Translations under genes and position numbers: made by a program
Notes under the pieces: model-generated
The model's database searches: none
Seen by the model: only the letters and a program-made list of their open reading frames with translations
What the model was told of the DNA's origin: nothing
Assembly (NCBI GenBank): GCA_043821285.1
Contig: JBDRCZ010000017.1
Span: 15,947-79,946 of the forward strand
Reading direction: 5' to 3'
Source: Candidatus Omnitrophota bacterium
GTDB taxonomy: Bacteria; Omnitrophota; Gorgyraeia; B26-G9; JBDRCZ01
Length of the DNA stretch: 64,000 bases
In this document: positions 50,801-59,960 of the stretch, piece by piece
Numbering within the stretch: the first letter of the stretch is position 1
How the letters are laid out: every line of letters begins with the position of its first letter

Positions 50801-53553
50801 ATAATTGCTGTTGGCTTGTTTTTAATGTTTCTTGCTTCTTCACAAGCCGCGATAATTTCTAATGGTTCATGGCCATTAATTTCAATAACATGCCAGCCAC
50901 AACCTCTCCACGAACCTGCGACATCCGCACTATCTACTTCTTTAGTCAAGCTATCAATTTGTGCGCCATTAGCATTTACAAATAAGGTAAGATTATCTAA
51001 CCCTAATTCCGCAATATGCCTGGCAGCCTCTGCATATTGTCCTTCCTGTTCTTCCCCATCACCGGCAATAGCAAAGACGTTGGAGTCACGTCCATGCATT
51101 TTAGCTAGAAGCGCCATACCCGCGGCATTGGAGAGTCCCATACCTAAGGAACCGGTCAAGGCTTCTATACCACGAGTACAAATCCAGTCAGTATGTCCAG
51201 GAAGTCCACTGTTTAACTCTCTTAAATGGGATAATTGCTCTTTTGAAATATAGCCAAGTTTAGCTAAAATAGAATAAACTGCTGGCGCTATATGCCCTTC
51301 AGAAATAACTAACCGGTCACGGTCTGGCCAGCGCGGGTCATTTGGTGTATGATTCATAATCCGCGTTCCATCGGAATATCGTCCAAGATATAAAGTGACC
51401 AGTATCTCAGCCGCAGAGAGCGAACCTCCTGGATGTCCTGAACCAGCTATATTAATCATCTCCAGAATATCATTACGGCACATTTCTGCGATTTTCTTTA
51501 ACATCAAGCTTTGGCGCTGCTGTTCTATATAGTCTTTTCGCCAAAAAGCACCAATTATCAAAACACCAACAAGAAATATAGTATATGCGATCAATAAATG
51601 TATTGGAGATTGAAACAGTGTCATTATTGGTATTGAAATGGTTTCAAAACGATGGCTAAATGTTTTTAGTAGTTCGACAAAAGCTAATAAAATCGCACCA
51701 ATTGTGCCCAATAAGGCATAGGGGTTGAATTGTCGAAGGGTTAAATCTTGAGGAAATATATCTGAATTGTGGGGTGAAACATTAGAATCATCCCCTTTCC
51801 TTTTTAAATATTCTATTGCTCCATTAACCACCAAAAGAGCCCTAAAATATGCCTCTAAATAATCTTCTGCTGTTGTAAGAATAATTTTTTGATCATCTAA
51901 TCCAGAACGTGCTATCGGGTGACCTAAAATGTTTTCGTTTTCAGCCATTCTTTGTGAAGCAATCTTCCGCATATGTGTCCAGTTATGAAGTTGATTTACG
52001 CCTTTCAGCGGTAATAAGAGAGGGTTTCTTATACCCTGTGAGGTATAAAATTTTTCAACATCCTCGTCTTTGAGACCTGTCTGCTCTGGCACAAAATGAG
52101 GAGTATCACTAGGATATGCAGCCTCTGCCAAAAAAACATTTGCTGTTATTCTCCCCGAAGAATAATGTTCTGTTACACATTTTAGGTAAAAAACCAATGT
52201 TCCATTTAAAGCAGAGTCAATAAAGCATACTTGCGATGTATTATTATCAATAATTCCTTCATCAATTAACTGCTCATAAGTTTGTTTTGCTTGTTCAGCA
52301 AAAACCGTGTTTGTTTTTAATGTTTCTTCAAAGGATTGTCTTAATTGTGGATAGAAATTTTCCGGATCTCCTTGTTCTGTAGTATTGCGGCGAACTTTTC
52401 GCAATGTGTCTTCAATAATCTTAAAATTGTCGCGTTTTCTTTTTTCCGGAGTAGGATGATCATCTCCTATATAACCTAACATTTTTCGATCAAGATAAAA
52501 TACAAAAGAATTATCAGGGGGAGCCCCTTTTGTCAAAAGACTCAAATAATACTCGGACTCATAGTAAATTGCTCCATCACGTGCTAAATAAACTCTTCGT
52601 CCTTCAGCAGGTAATTGTTCTAATAAATAAGGGATGATTTTAGCTGTGCCTATTAACCACATAAAAGAATCTTTTTTTTGTCTTGAAGTCAAAAAATGGC
52701 AAAGGCTTCTTAGCTTTATATTCAAACTTCCAGTAAATAAGCCTTGATTTCTTACACCTTGTTCTGTCATTACCAATAACTCTTGCTCTCTTCTTCGTAA
52801 TTCTTCTGCTATTTCTACGTTACTTCTCCATCTCAATTGGTCTGGTTTAAGAACTTGATAATGCGTGCGTACCTCATGCCCTTCGATCGGGCTTAAAAAA
52901 TGTATCGGAAATGTTGGACTTATTTCTGGTACATTAATAGAGGTTAACATCATTTCTAAATCCATGGCTATACCTTCTTCGCCGAGTGGATGTCTTAATA
53001 CTGATAATGCGCGCTCTTTAACTTTATCATTGGGGTCTTCCAATATTATTTTTTTCAAAAATTCAACAACCTTTGTTTTAGCTGTCTCACTTTTGTTCCC
53101 AACAATTCCCAAGAGCCGTATTAAATTACTGCGTGGATTGTCTAACACAACACCACCACGATAAAGAAGATCATCAGGGTCAATAATGGTTGGATCATCC
53201 CAAGCAGCGATTAAGGCATTTATCAGTATAATAGCATCGAGACTTAATAATTTTGGAGCTTCATTTCGTCTCCAAATATTAAACTGCGAAAAAGTTAATC
53301 TTAAAACTTGCGTTAGTTCTTCCCTTTTTATCTCTATAGGGTACTTATTTACTGATTGTGTAGATATACCAAGTGTATTTTGTTCAAAAGGCTCTGTAAG
53401 TGAAGACTTACTTATCTCTAAAGGAGGCGAGAGGTGGGTGGACAAATTTTTCAAATTACTATTTGCCGCCCATGAAATGTCAAGACATAAAAAAGAGTTG
53501 ATTAATATAAAGGCTGTTAGTTTGAATAAAATGTCCCGTTTTATTTTTTTCAT
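47878..53553 (-). CDS. giant-array member D (1891 aa): leader, HEAT-like repeats, TM, two tandem transketolase-like units, EQAI tail
   Basis: N-term MKKIKRDILFKLTAFILINSFLCLDISWAANSNLKNLSTHLSPPL; TK TPP motifs GSGHPGGSLSAAEIL and AIAGDGEEQEG; TK Pyr motif GPDGSTHQ; C-term ...LAVEQAI. Confidence 0.75.
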   Translation of the reverse strand: MKKIKRDILFKLTAFILINSFLCLDISWAANSNLKNLSTHLSPPLEISKSSLTEPFEQNTLGISTQSVNKYPIEIKREELTQVLRLTFSQFNIWRRNEAPKLLSLDAIILINALIAAWDDPTIIDPDDLLYRGGVVLDNPRSNLIRLLGIVGNKSETAKTKVVEFLKKIILEDPNDKVKERALSVLRHPLGEEGIAMDLEMMLTSINVPEISPTFPIHFLSPIEGHEVRTHYQVLKPDQLRWRSNVEIAEELRRREQELLVMTEQGVRNQGLFTGSLNIKLRSLCHFLTSRQKKDSFMWLIGTAKIIPYLLEQLPAEGRRVYLARDGAIYYESEYYLSLLTKGAPPDNSFVFYLDRKMLGYIGDDHPTPEKRKRDNFKIIEDTLRKVRRNTTEQGDPENFYPQLRQSFEETLKTNTVFAEQAKQTYEQLIDEGIIDNNTSQVCFIDSALNGTLVFYLKCVTEHYSSGRITANVFLAEAAYPSDTPHFVPEQTGLKDEDVEKFYTSQGIRNPLLLPLKGVNQLHNWTHMRKIASQRMAENENILGHPIARSGLDDQKIILTTAEDYLEAYFRALLVVNGAIEYLKRKGDDSNVSPHNSDIFPQDLTLRQFNPYALLGTIGAILLAFVELLKTFSHRFETISIPIMTLFQSPIHLLIAYTIFLVGVLIIGAFWRKDYIEQQRQSLMLKKIAEMCRNDILEMINIAGSGHPGGSLSAAEILVTLYLGRYSDGTRIMNHTPNDPRWPDRDRLVISEGHIAPAVYSILAKLGYISKEQLSHLRELNSGLPGHTDWICTRGIEALTGSLGMGLSNAAGMALLAKMHGRDSNVFAIAGDGEEQEGQYAEAARHIAELGLDNLTLFVNANGAQIDSLTKEVDSADVAGSWRGCGWHVIEINGHEPLEIIAACEEARNIKNKPTAIIAKTKKGKGVDFMEDDPTAFHGRALNDKELSEAIPQIENTIENISQQMNFYGFSTDVDRFISDNQMTEQEENNLSKESTLQKTDTTTIPDRTNYAQDEEVSPSVAFKNRLLQWAEKDERIVFIFNNSDSKQRFIDEFIAQITDEDIRNKLIERCFLVEDREQHLASFAAGFGYSGMLPIVFLPENDAMKMLDQLRINAQARVPFILAAESEELSFTPGVMDLMHNVIALEPGDPNETNELTDMAIKNALLLAKITNKAPTSLNIPDEYTASYIRLSSADLPVIDRGENPQPEQGAYVISQSEGWDTAKKRVILISSGKSLHQTIKVSNELESQGTMTKIINVTQLDSLGAGSELLEYIEPGSRILTIYDGLPVCLGDAVSRTVTSSSKTAGSVVWSMSDKDIENIIEVAKELVDGKEKPTDGLMKIDFSPQEIFPAGMRLSLAAGIAFGAKMDTASGRVIALATEKEEREGQFAETARFAAHNGIDNLCLVLQASETNTELVNIWQAYGWRVIELNANNNQEQAEILGQTFEQLNKDNTGKPVLIITRGFDEHIMATTIMEALNGMVPYKIGEFNLLIYSNIKQTQEPEPVQMTMLQTPAEIRYQANRNFATRDGFGNRMLDWGKRVEKIIAFCADIASSTRLNWFARDFGIFSRHNTNGRYVPSGVREQAMAGIAAGLALYGKIPVIATFDCFANRMISQIIVIARAKLPVIVALSHAGLGVGPDGSTHQSVIVAGVIRYISFLQKMTGFIPADAREAEEAVDFAMHRALDGKGPSYLQLTRQNVPVLNRGENPSPEQGAYVIKDPRENGQNSDIIIIAAGAMVEFAIAASEQLESQDITAKVINLTRLDLIDEALPPLLERGVPIITVQDASPKILSGAVSKVVTSSLLTTGSTVTSLGIQGWGQSARSHEILYRAHKMDTAAIIEAAIKIVEQQRLDPHDNNPGQLTTMPKQPPALTELEWNEMLAVEQAI

Positions 53554-53752
53554 GATTTGTAGATATGTTTATCCATTCCAGATTTTAAAATTCCCCGCCA
53601 TAATGCGTTGACAGGCAGATTCAAAATTTAAATATTTTCTTTGAAACAAGTGTCACATGATTAATCTGATTTTTTATCCTTCTTTATCCTATTAATCCTG
53701 TCTATTTTTTCTGCTTTTTTGTCTTCCAAATTCTGACTTCTGTTTTCTATCA

Positions 53753-55231
53753 CAGTACTTTGTTAAAAATCAGGTCTTTTCAAAAAAATCATTTACGTAA
53801 GTCGTGAAAACTCATAACTTATGTAATTTCAATACTTTACGTTAATTTTTTCCTTGACAATATCCACAACTCCTGCTATGGTATATAGTTGTAATCAAAC
53901 CACCGTAACACACAACAGGAGGTGGATATGGGTATTTTTAATCTCACTATTTCGGTAATCAATAATTTCTTATTTCGTTTTAAACCTGCCTTCTCAAAAA
54001 AACAATTTATCGTTTTCTCCTTCCTGATCTATGCTTTGTTTAAAGACTACAAGAGAAATTCCCTTTATGCCCTCGCCTCTAAAACTCCAATCAACTATCA
54101 GGCTTGTCAGTACTTCTTATCTGAAGGAAAATGGAGTATCGATGATCTTAATAATATAAGGTTAAAAATTATTGAACATCAAAGAACTACTTCTGCTACT
54201 TCCTCCGGCGTCTTAGTTATTGATGATACTTCTCCTAAGCCTTTTGCTAAAGCTACCGCCGGTGCTAAACGTCAACACTGTGGTGTCTTAAATCGTGAAG
54301 AAATCTGTAATGTTGCTGTATTCTCTGCCTTCGCCTCCAAAACTAAACGCTTCCCGATAAACCTTAAATCTTATCTCCCCGCTGAAAAATTCTTATTTGG
54401 CAAAGAGGATGTAGATTTTAAAAGTAAGCTCGATCTTGCCCAAATATTAGTCGATGATGCCTTAGAAAGAAAAATTAAATTCTCTTCCCTCGTCATAGAT
54501 GCATGGTATGCTCAGTCTTCACAATTCCTTGAGTTTGTTCACTGCCAGAGAAAACTGCCCTTCATTGGTGAATTAAAGTCCAATCGTAACATCTTCTTTT
54601 ACCATCCGCTAAAGCGGAAACACTGCTGGATCCAGCAGGATGAGCTGGTGAAACTCATCAAAAAACATTATCCGCATAAGTGTAGGTTTTTTACCTCCAC
54701 GAGCAAAGATGGTAAGAAGAAGTCTTGGGTCTTCTACACCTTCAAGGGACTGCTGAAAGATTGTTCTGTTCCCTTAAGCATAGTGGTGATCTTTGGTAAG
54801 TGGGATAATCAGGATGATAAGAATGTTCATATCCTTATCTCCAATCAGACCCGCCTGGCTACTAAGACCATCATTTCCACCTACCTGCTTCGTTGGGGAA
54901 TAGAGCTTATCTTCAGGGAGCTCAAGGATGTCTTCTCCTTTGACCAATACCAGGTTAGACATACCAAACAGATCGAACGTTACTAGACACTATGCCTTAT
55001 TGCATGGAGCCTGTTATATTGGGTCAAACAAAATGCCTATCTTACCAAAATCCTTGAGCATAAACCTGCTACCTTCTATGACTACAAACAGGCCATTGAC
55101 TCCTTACTCCTTTATGATGCTCATCAGTCTCTTTCAAAGAACAGTCATCTTGCTCAGAAATATTTTAAAATTAAATCGGATAATTTTAAACAGCAAATCG
55201 CTCGCGTTGCCTGATTTTTAACAAAGTCCTG
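53753..55231 (+). mobile_element. IS4/IS701-family insertion sequence (~1.48 kb) with 22-bp imperfect TIRs and 8-bp TSD TTCTATCA
   Basis: IRL CAGTACTTTGTTAAAAATCAGG vs reverse complement of IRR (CAGGACTTTGTTAAAAATCAGG); direct repeat TTCTATCA at 53745-53752 and 55232-55239; DDE transposase ORF inside. Confidence 0.75.
53922..55221 (+). pseudogene. IS4/IS701-family DDE transposase interrupted by in-frame TAG (codon at 54984-54986)
   Basis: LVIDDTSPKP, LVIDAWYAQS, RWGIELIFRELK catalytic motifs. ORF stops 19 aa after the E motif and a conserved-looking hydrophobic tail (LCLIAWSLLYW...) continues in-frame after TAG. Confidence 0.55.
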
Positions 55232-55287
55232 TTCTATCATTTAAAACATATAGTAGACAGCAAACTGTACACTGTAAACGGTAAACT

Positions 55288-55312
55288 AAAAATTGCCGAT
55301 GGCAATTTTTTT
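55288..55312. terminator. palindromic terminator at 3' end of member E
   Basis: AAAAATTGCCGATGGCAATTTTTTT. Confidence 0.5.
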
Positions 55313-58300
55313 AGATTGCCTGTTCCACGGCCAAAACCGTATTCAATCCTACTCCTTCAAGTAGCGGAAGTAAAGACATCAATTTCTGCATAGGCTTTTC
55401 ACCCTGCTGTCTGCAACCATCTGGAGTGTCTTTTCTTTCTCCATCTTCCATGAAACTCTGAGAAGCTAAATATCTCATTAGTTCTCCTGTTTGATTAGGA
55501 TTGGTTACTCTTACTATCGTAATATTTTCAACTTTAAGAACTAATCGATCATTACCTCCACTCCAAAATTCATCACCAATATATATGTCAGCTGCTGCAT
55601 CTATTACAGCCGCGGCTTTATCTTCTAAGTTTTCAGTATGTTCTTCTACAAAATCTCCCATTTTTTCATCATAGATGAATTTATGATACCCCGGTTCAGA
55701 GGATATGGTATAAAGAACAAGATTTTTTAATAAACCCTGCTTATCTTTCGGGATAGCAAATAATACCTGGCCTTTTACATTAAATATGTTTCCGCCAGTA
55801 ATTATTCTTAGCTTATATCCAACCTCAAGTAAGTTAAGGAATGCATCCAGATTATCTTCTCCGATTATTCCCCAGTAAGGAACAAGTGTGCCATCCATAT
55901 CTATTCCTATAACCTGAATTTCTTCTAACGGTACATGGCCATTTATAATATCATGGACATTTAATGGAGTATTTTGGGTTGTATCTACTGGGGATAGCGT
56001 GCCAAGTGTTTGTTTTGGGACAAAACTGTTTTCTTGCTCACGCTTTGCTATAAATTTACGGTGTGCAAGGACAATAAAGGTAGAAAGTGCAAGACCTTTA
56101 CCCTGCAATTCTTCTACTGTTTCACGGTTATCTTTAAGCTGCGGATCTAAATATGCCGCCAATAATTGCATAAGCAAAGGTTCATTAAGTAATAAATCTA
56201 CTCCCACGTTAACTTCTTGATAAAGTTTTTTTGCCTTTACATAGTCTGAAAAAAGTTCTCCTAATAACGAGGATTCATTGGTTAATTCCGCATACAAATT
56301 ATCGAATATTTCTTCTACAGATATTAATATATCATTGTACATTTCATCAGAAAGATGGCTTCTTAAAAATTCTTCTTGTTCTTGTACTTTCCACGGAGGT
56401 AGATATTTACTTCTCAAACCGTATTGATTTAAACATTGCTCTAACTTATAAAAGATTATTTGTTCAAGAACACTCTCATTATCAACTTTACTGATCAAAT
56501 TTTCTGGCAAGCGGTTTTTAATAAGATTTTTAAGCAGTGTACCAGTCGCCGATGTACTCAATCCGGTTCCATCAGCAAGTGAGTTTGGTGTCCATTCAAA
56601 AGGCAGCCATTCTGACACAACTATTCCGTGAAGATACTCTCTTCCAAAAGATATTCTTCCTCTTGTTCCTAAACCAAAAGTGTGAAGTTGAATGCCAAAT
56701 TGTTCGTTAAGCTTAGCATTTGTAACAGTGGAAGAGTCAGAATTTTTAAGAAGAGCAGCGAAATGTGCTTCAACCTCTGCTAATGAATCAAGCAAACACC
56801 TTGCTTTATGAAGAGTTACACCAGTTTCAACAATATCATCAATTATAAGAACGTTGCGGTGTTCTCTGAGATACTCGACGACCTTTGTATCATTTAGAAA
56901 TAACCGCAGGTCTTCAGGAGAATCTAAAGAGTATACATCTCTTTCAAAACCCAAACGCACCCTTTCAGCTTCTGTCAATAATGACCAAATTATTGTTGTT
57001 AAATTTAACTTTTGAGTAATAATCCAACTTTGGAATTCAGGTATTTCCTTATTAAATAAGTTATTCGCTTTTAACTGAGTAAGCAAAATTTCCAATGCTT
57101 TGGCAATTGGATCAGCTCCTTTTGAGGGAAAGATAACTAAATTTATATCGTGTTGGATTAAATATTTAACAATAGGAAGAAGTATAGGAGCAAATTGCAA
57201 AACTTGTATGTCTGTTCCTAAAGAATCTATGTCTCCAATTTCTTCACCTAATGCAGCTTCGACCGCCTGCCGAAGCTTTCCAGTATATCTGGAGCGATAA
57301 GGACTACGCAGATATCCTTCAATCGTTGGCAAGTTTTTTGCGATCTCCTTTTCAAGCTCTTCTTCAGCCCTCAAAAACATCTGATGCCCTGTTTCTGTCC
57401 TGAATAAAGTTTCACCCAGAAAATTGCCGTCATCTTTGCCTGATTTTTCATAAAGTCTATACTCTTCTTCAAGGCGCTCTTTATTAGTTTTAAATCTGGC
57501 TCGGATCTGTTCAGGTGTTATTTCTATTCCCGCAGCTTCTAAATCAGCAATAATCCCTTGATAAGTACACATAAATAATCTGTCTGCCTCACGCCATACT
57601 GTTATTAATCTATAAAAAGAAGAAGCATTAGCAAAAGGCCCTTCAAAATTAAACAAAAACTGTCCTTTTTCATATAAAGAAGTATCAACACCCATATTTC
57701 TAAGCTCTACTAAGGCCTGTTCAATAGAAGGATTATCATGAGCTTTTACCACACCACAGATTAAATTTACATTTACATCAGTTGCACTTAAAATACCGGT
57801 TGAAATTAATTGTTGGATTAATTCCCTAATCATTTCGGGGGCTTTTTTCATATGCGCAAGCCTAAACGCGATTGTGTTCTGCGCTAATTCTTTTGCCTTT
57901 AACGAATTTCTCTGTTCAATTTTCTTGCGTATTTGAATAATTCTTGCCCGTGAGCCTTCTAACTTGGCGTACCCAATATCATGTAATAAGGCTAATATTG
58001 CTGCGTTTTTAAATTCTTCATAGGTAAAATCTTCTCCTAATCCAATCTGCACCGCGTTCTCTAAGACTTGAGTATGATGATTTACAGGGTTGCCATTTGC
58101 TCCAGCTTTAAAATGAGGTAAGGCGCTCCAAAAAAGTGTGAAGAGAATATTTTGAATTTCTTGTTTTTGCTGGTCTGTAAATGTGCGGTCTTTTTCAATG
58201 CGGCTTAGTGCATTTTCCAAATTCTGAACTGCTAAACTTTTCTTACACTGAACAAGATAGTAGCCATTCTTTTCTTCAATTACTGCTTCTAATCCATTGT

Positions 58301-59036
58301 CTGTAAGAAATTGTTCAAATTCTGCTTTATTAGAAAAACTAAATCGACCACGTCCAGCGTTTATTGGTTCGGCAATCAATATTTCACCTTCTGAACTAAC
58401 TGCCCGAATATACTCCTTTAATAACTGATCACGTTCTTCACGATTACTAAACATGGTAAAGAACCGAATGCTGACCACTTTAGAAAAACTTCCGTCTTTA
58501 AACCGCATGTCCAAGGCACTGGCTTTTACCAAATCAACATTTTTGCTATCTTGCTTTCTATTTTGAGCAATGTTAAGTAAAATTTCATTGGTATCTAACC
58601 CTGTTATATGTTTGCAAAATTGAGAAATATAAAAAGTGAAATGTCCGGAACCACAACCTATTTCTAAAACTTCATCATCATTATCAATATTAGCTTCAAG
58701 CCAGTCTTTAGGGAAGTCTACAAGATAAGATGCAAGCGTACGATCATAAAAATAGGAAAAATATATCTTTTTGAGCCAATCAACGAGTCTTTCAGTCCAA
58801 GACCTGTGAGGAGAAATATCTCGTGTATCGTTAGGCAGCTTTAGCTGAGTTATATTTATTGTTTCTGCAACGTGTTCTTTAAGAATAGAATTATTTATTT
58901 GCAAAGGCGGAGCAAGGTGGGTGGACAAATTTTTTAAATTACCATTAGCAGCCCAGGAAATATCTAAGCATAAAAAGGCGTTAATTAATATAATCGCTGT
59001 TAGTTTGAATAATATATTTTTTTTAATGTTCAACAT
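55311..59036 (-). CDS. giant-array member E (1241 aa): leader + class I SAM-methyltransferase + HD phosphohydrolase + type I phosphoribosyltransferase + HAD hydrolase domains, EQAI tail
   Basis: LEIGCGSGHF (MTase motif I); VNHHT...LLHDIGY (HD); NVLIIDDIVETGVTL (PRTase); VIGIDMDGTL...GDEFWSGGND (HAD motifs I/IV); N-term MLNIKKNILFKLTAIILINAFLCLDISWAANGNLKNLSTHLAPPL; C-term ...LAVEQAI. Confidence 0.75.
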   Translation of the reverse strand: MLNIKKNILFKLTAIILINAFLCLDISWAANGNLKNLSTHLAPPLQINNSILKEHVAETINITQLKLPNDTRDISPHRSWTERLVDWLKKIYFSYFYDRTLASYLVDFPKDWLEANIDNDDEVLEIGCGSGHFTFYISQFCKHITGLDTNEILLNIAQNRKQDSKNVDLVKASALDMRFKDGSFSKVVSIRFFTMFSNREERDQLLKEYIRAVSSEGEILIAEPINAGRGRFSFSNKAEFEQFLTDNGLEAVIEEKNGYYLVQCKKSLAVQNLENALSRIEKDRTFTDQQKQEIQNILFTLFWSALPHFKAGANGNPVNHHTQVLENAVQIGLGEDFTYEEFKNAAILALLHDIGYAKLEGSRARIIQIRKKIEQRNSLKAKELAQNTIAFRLAHMKKAPEMIRELIQQLISTGILSATDVNVNLICGVVKAHDNPSIEQALVELRNMGVDTSLYEKGQFLFNFEGPFANASSFYRLITVWREADRLFMCTYQGIIADLEAAGIEITPEQIRARFKTNKERLEEEYRLYEKSGKDDGNFLGETLFRTETGHQMFLRAEEELEKEIAKNLPTIEGYLRSPYRSRYTGKLRQAVEAALGEEIGDIDSLGTDIQVLQFAPILLPIVKYLIQHDINLVIFPSKGADPIAKALEILLTQLKANNLFNKEIPEFQSWIITQKLNLTTIIWSLLTEAERVRLGFERDVYSLDSPEDLRLFLNDTKVVEYLREHRNVLIIDDIVETGVTLHKARCLLDSLAEVEAHFAALLKNSDSSTVTNAKLNEQFGIQLHTFGLGTRGRISFGREYLHGIVVSEWLPFEWTPNSLADGTGLSTSATGTLLKNLIKNRLPENLISKVDNESVLEQIIFYKLEQCLNQYGLRSKYLPPWKVQEQEEFLRSHLSDEMYNDILISVEEIFDNLYAELTNESSLLGELFSDYVKAKKLYQEVNVGVDLLLNEPLLMQLLAAYLDPQLKDNRETVEELQGKGLALSTFIVLAHRKFIAKREQENSFVPKQTLGTLSPVDTTQNTPLNVHDIINGHVPLEEIQVIGIDMDGTLVPYWGIIGEDNLDAFLNLLEVGYKLRIITGGNIFNVKGQVLFAIPKDKQGLLKNLVLYTISSEPGYHKFIYDEKMGDFVEEHTENLEDKAAAVIDAAADIYIGDEFWSGGNDRLVLKVENITIVRVTNPNQTGELMRYLASQSFMEDGERKDTPDGCRQQGEKPMQKLMSLLPLLEGVGLNTVLAVEQAI

Positions 59037-59935
59037 AATAAATATCTCCAGTTATTTAATTTTAAATGTCCCGCCTATCAAACCGGCGACAGGCAAATGA
59101 ATCATTAAATAATTCAATCTTTAAAATTTATTTATGTAATTTGTGTGATTTGTTGTTAATAAAATAAGTACTTGAAATCTTTCTTTGTGTGCTCCGTGTC
59201 TCTGTGTGACAAATCTAATATTTTTGTTTCGCTTGTCCGCCGTGCTCTGTTTGGCGGGTCATTCTGGTTTCGTTATTCGTTATTAAATTATCCTGTCTAT
59301 CATCCACAATGATTGGCGGATCTTCAATTTTTTATATTTTCTCTGTGAACTTTGCGAGCTCTGTGGTGATAAATTTTTTATTTTTTTTTACCGCGATACT
59401 CAATACTCATTGCTTTTTATAGTGTGCGCTCTGTGATGATAATTTTTGTTTTGTTTTTTTAGCCACAATGCTCAATACACAATACCCGATACTTAATCAT
59501 ATTACTTTTCATAATGCCTTGTTATAAATAAATTTATAACATCTTTTAAATAGTTTTATAAGTATACCATATAATTACGCAATTTTCAAGGGTTTGGGGA
59601 AATTTTTTTTGATTTTGTGATTTCTATGCTTATTGTTTTAACTATTTGGTATTAAAAAAGATATGGCATAGAAAATTAACAACAGCATTATTTAGGCAAG
59701 AATTGATTATATTTTTATTAAAGAAATAAATTGTAAGAGAAAATAATTATTACGATTAGATTTTATTGATTCTAAAATTTTAAATAAATTTTAACTTTAT
59801 TTTTCACCACAGAAAACACTGAGCCCACAAAGAAAAACTTGATACAAATCATACAAATATTTACATGCATAGCCTTCTTCCGTATAATCTGATTCTGCCT
59901 GCCTCCGGTAGGACGGTAAACAGTAAACGGTTAAC

Positions 59936-59960
59936 AAAAAGTTGCCATAGGCAACTTTTT
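59936..59960. terminator. palindromic terminator at 3' end of member F
   Basis: AAAAAGTTGCCATAGGCAACTTTTT. Confidence 0.5.

Noticed and set aside
50795-51253. Numerous 60-150-aa ORFs on the plus strand inside the giant minus-strand genes (e.g. 50795..51253, 43815..44156, 36442..36747)
   Set aside because: Antisense to ORFs with strong domain content (e.g. opposite the transketolase GHPG/GDG region). Low-complexity translations. No independent start signals.
54984-54986. In-frame TAG in the IS transposase as evidence of stop-codon recoding
   Set aside because: TAG terminates other apparently complete genes in the window (ThyA-like at 5077-5079; SH3b protein at 20990-20992). A nonsense mutation or natural truncation is more parsimonious.
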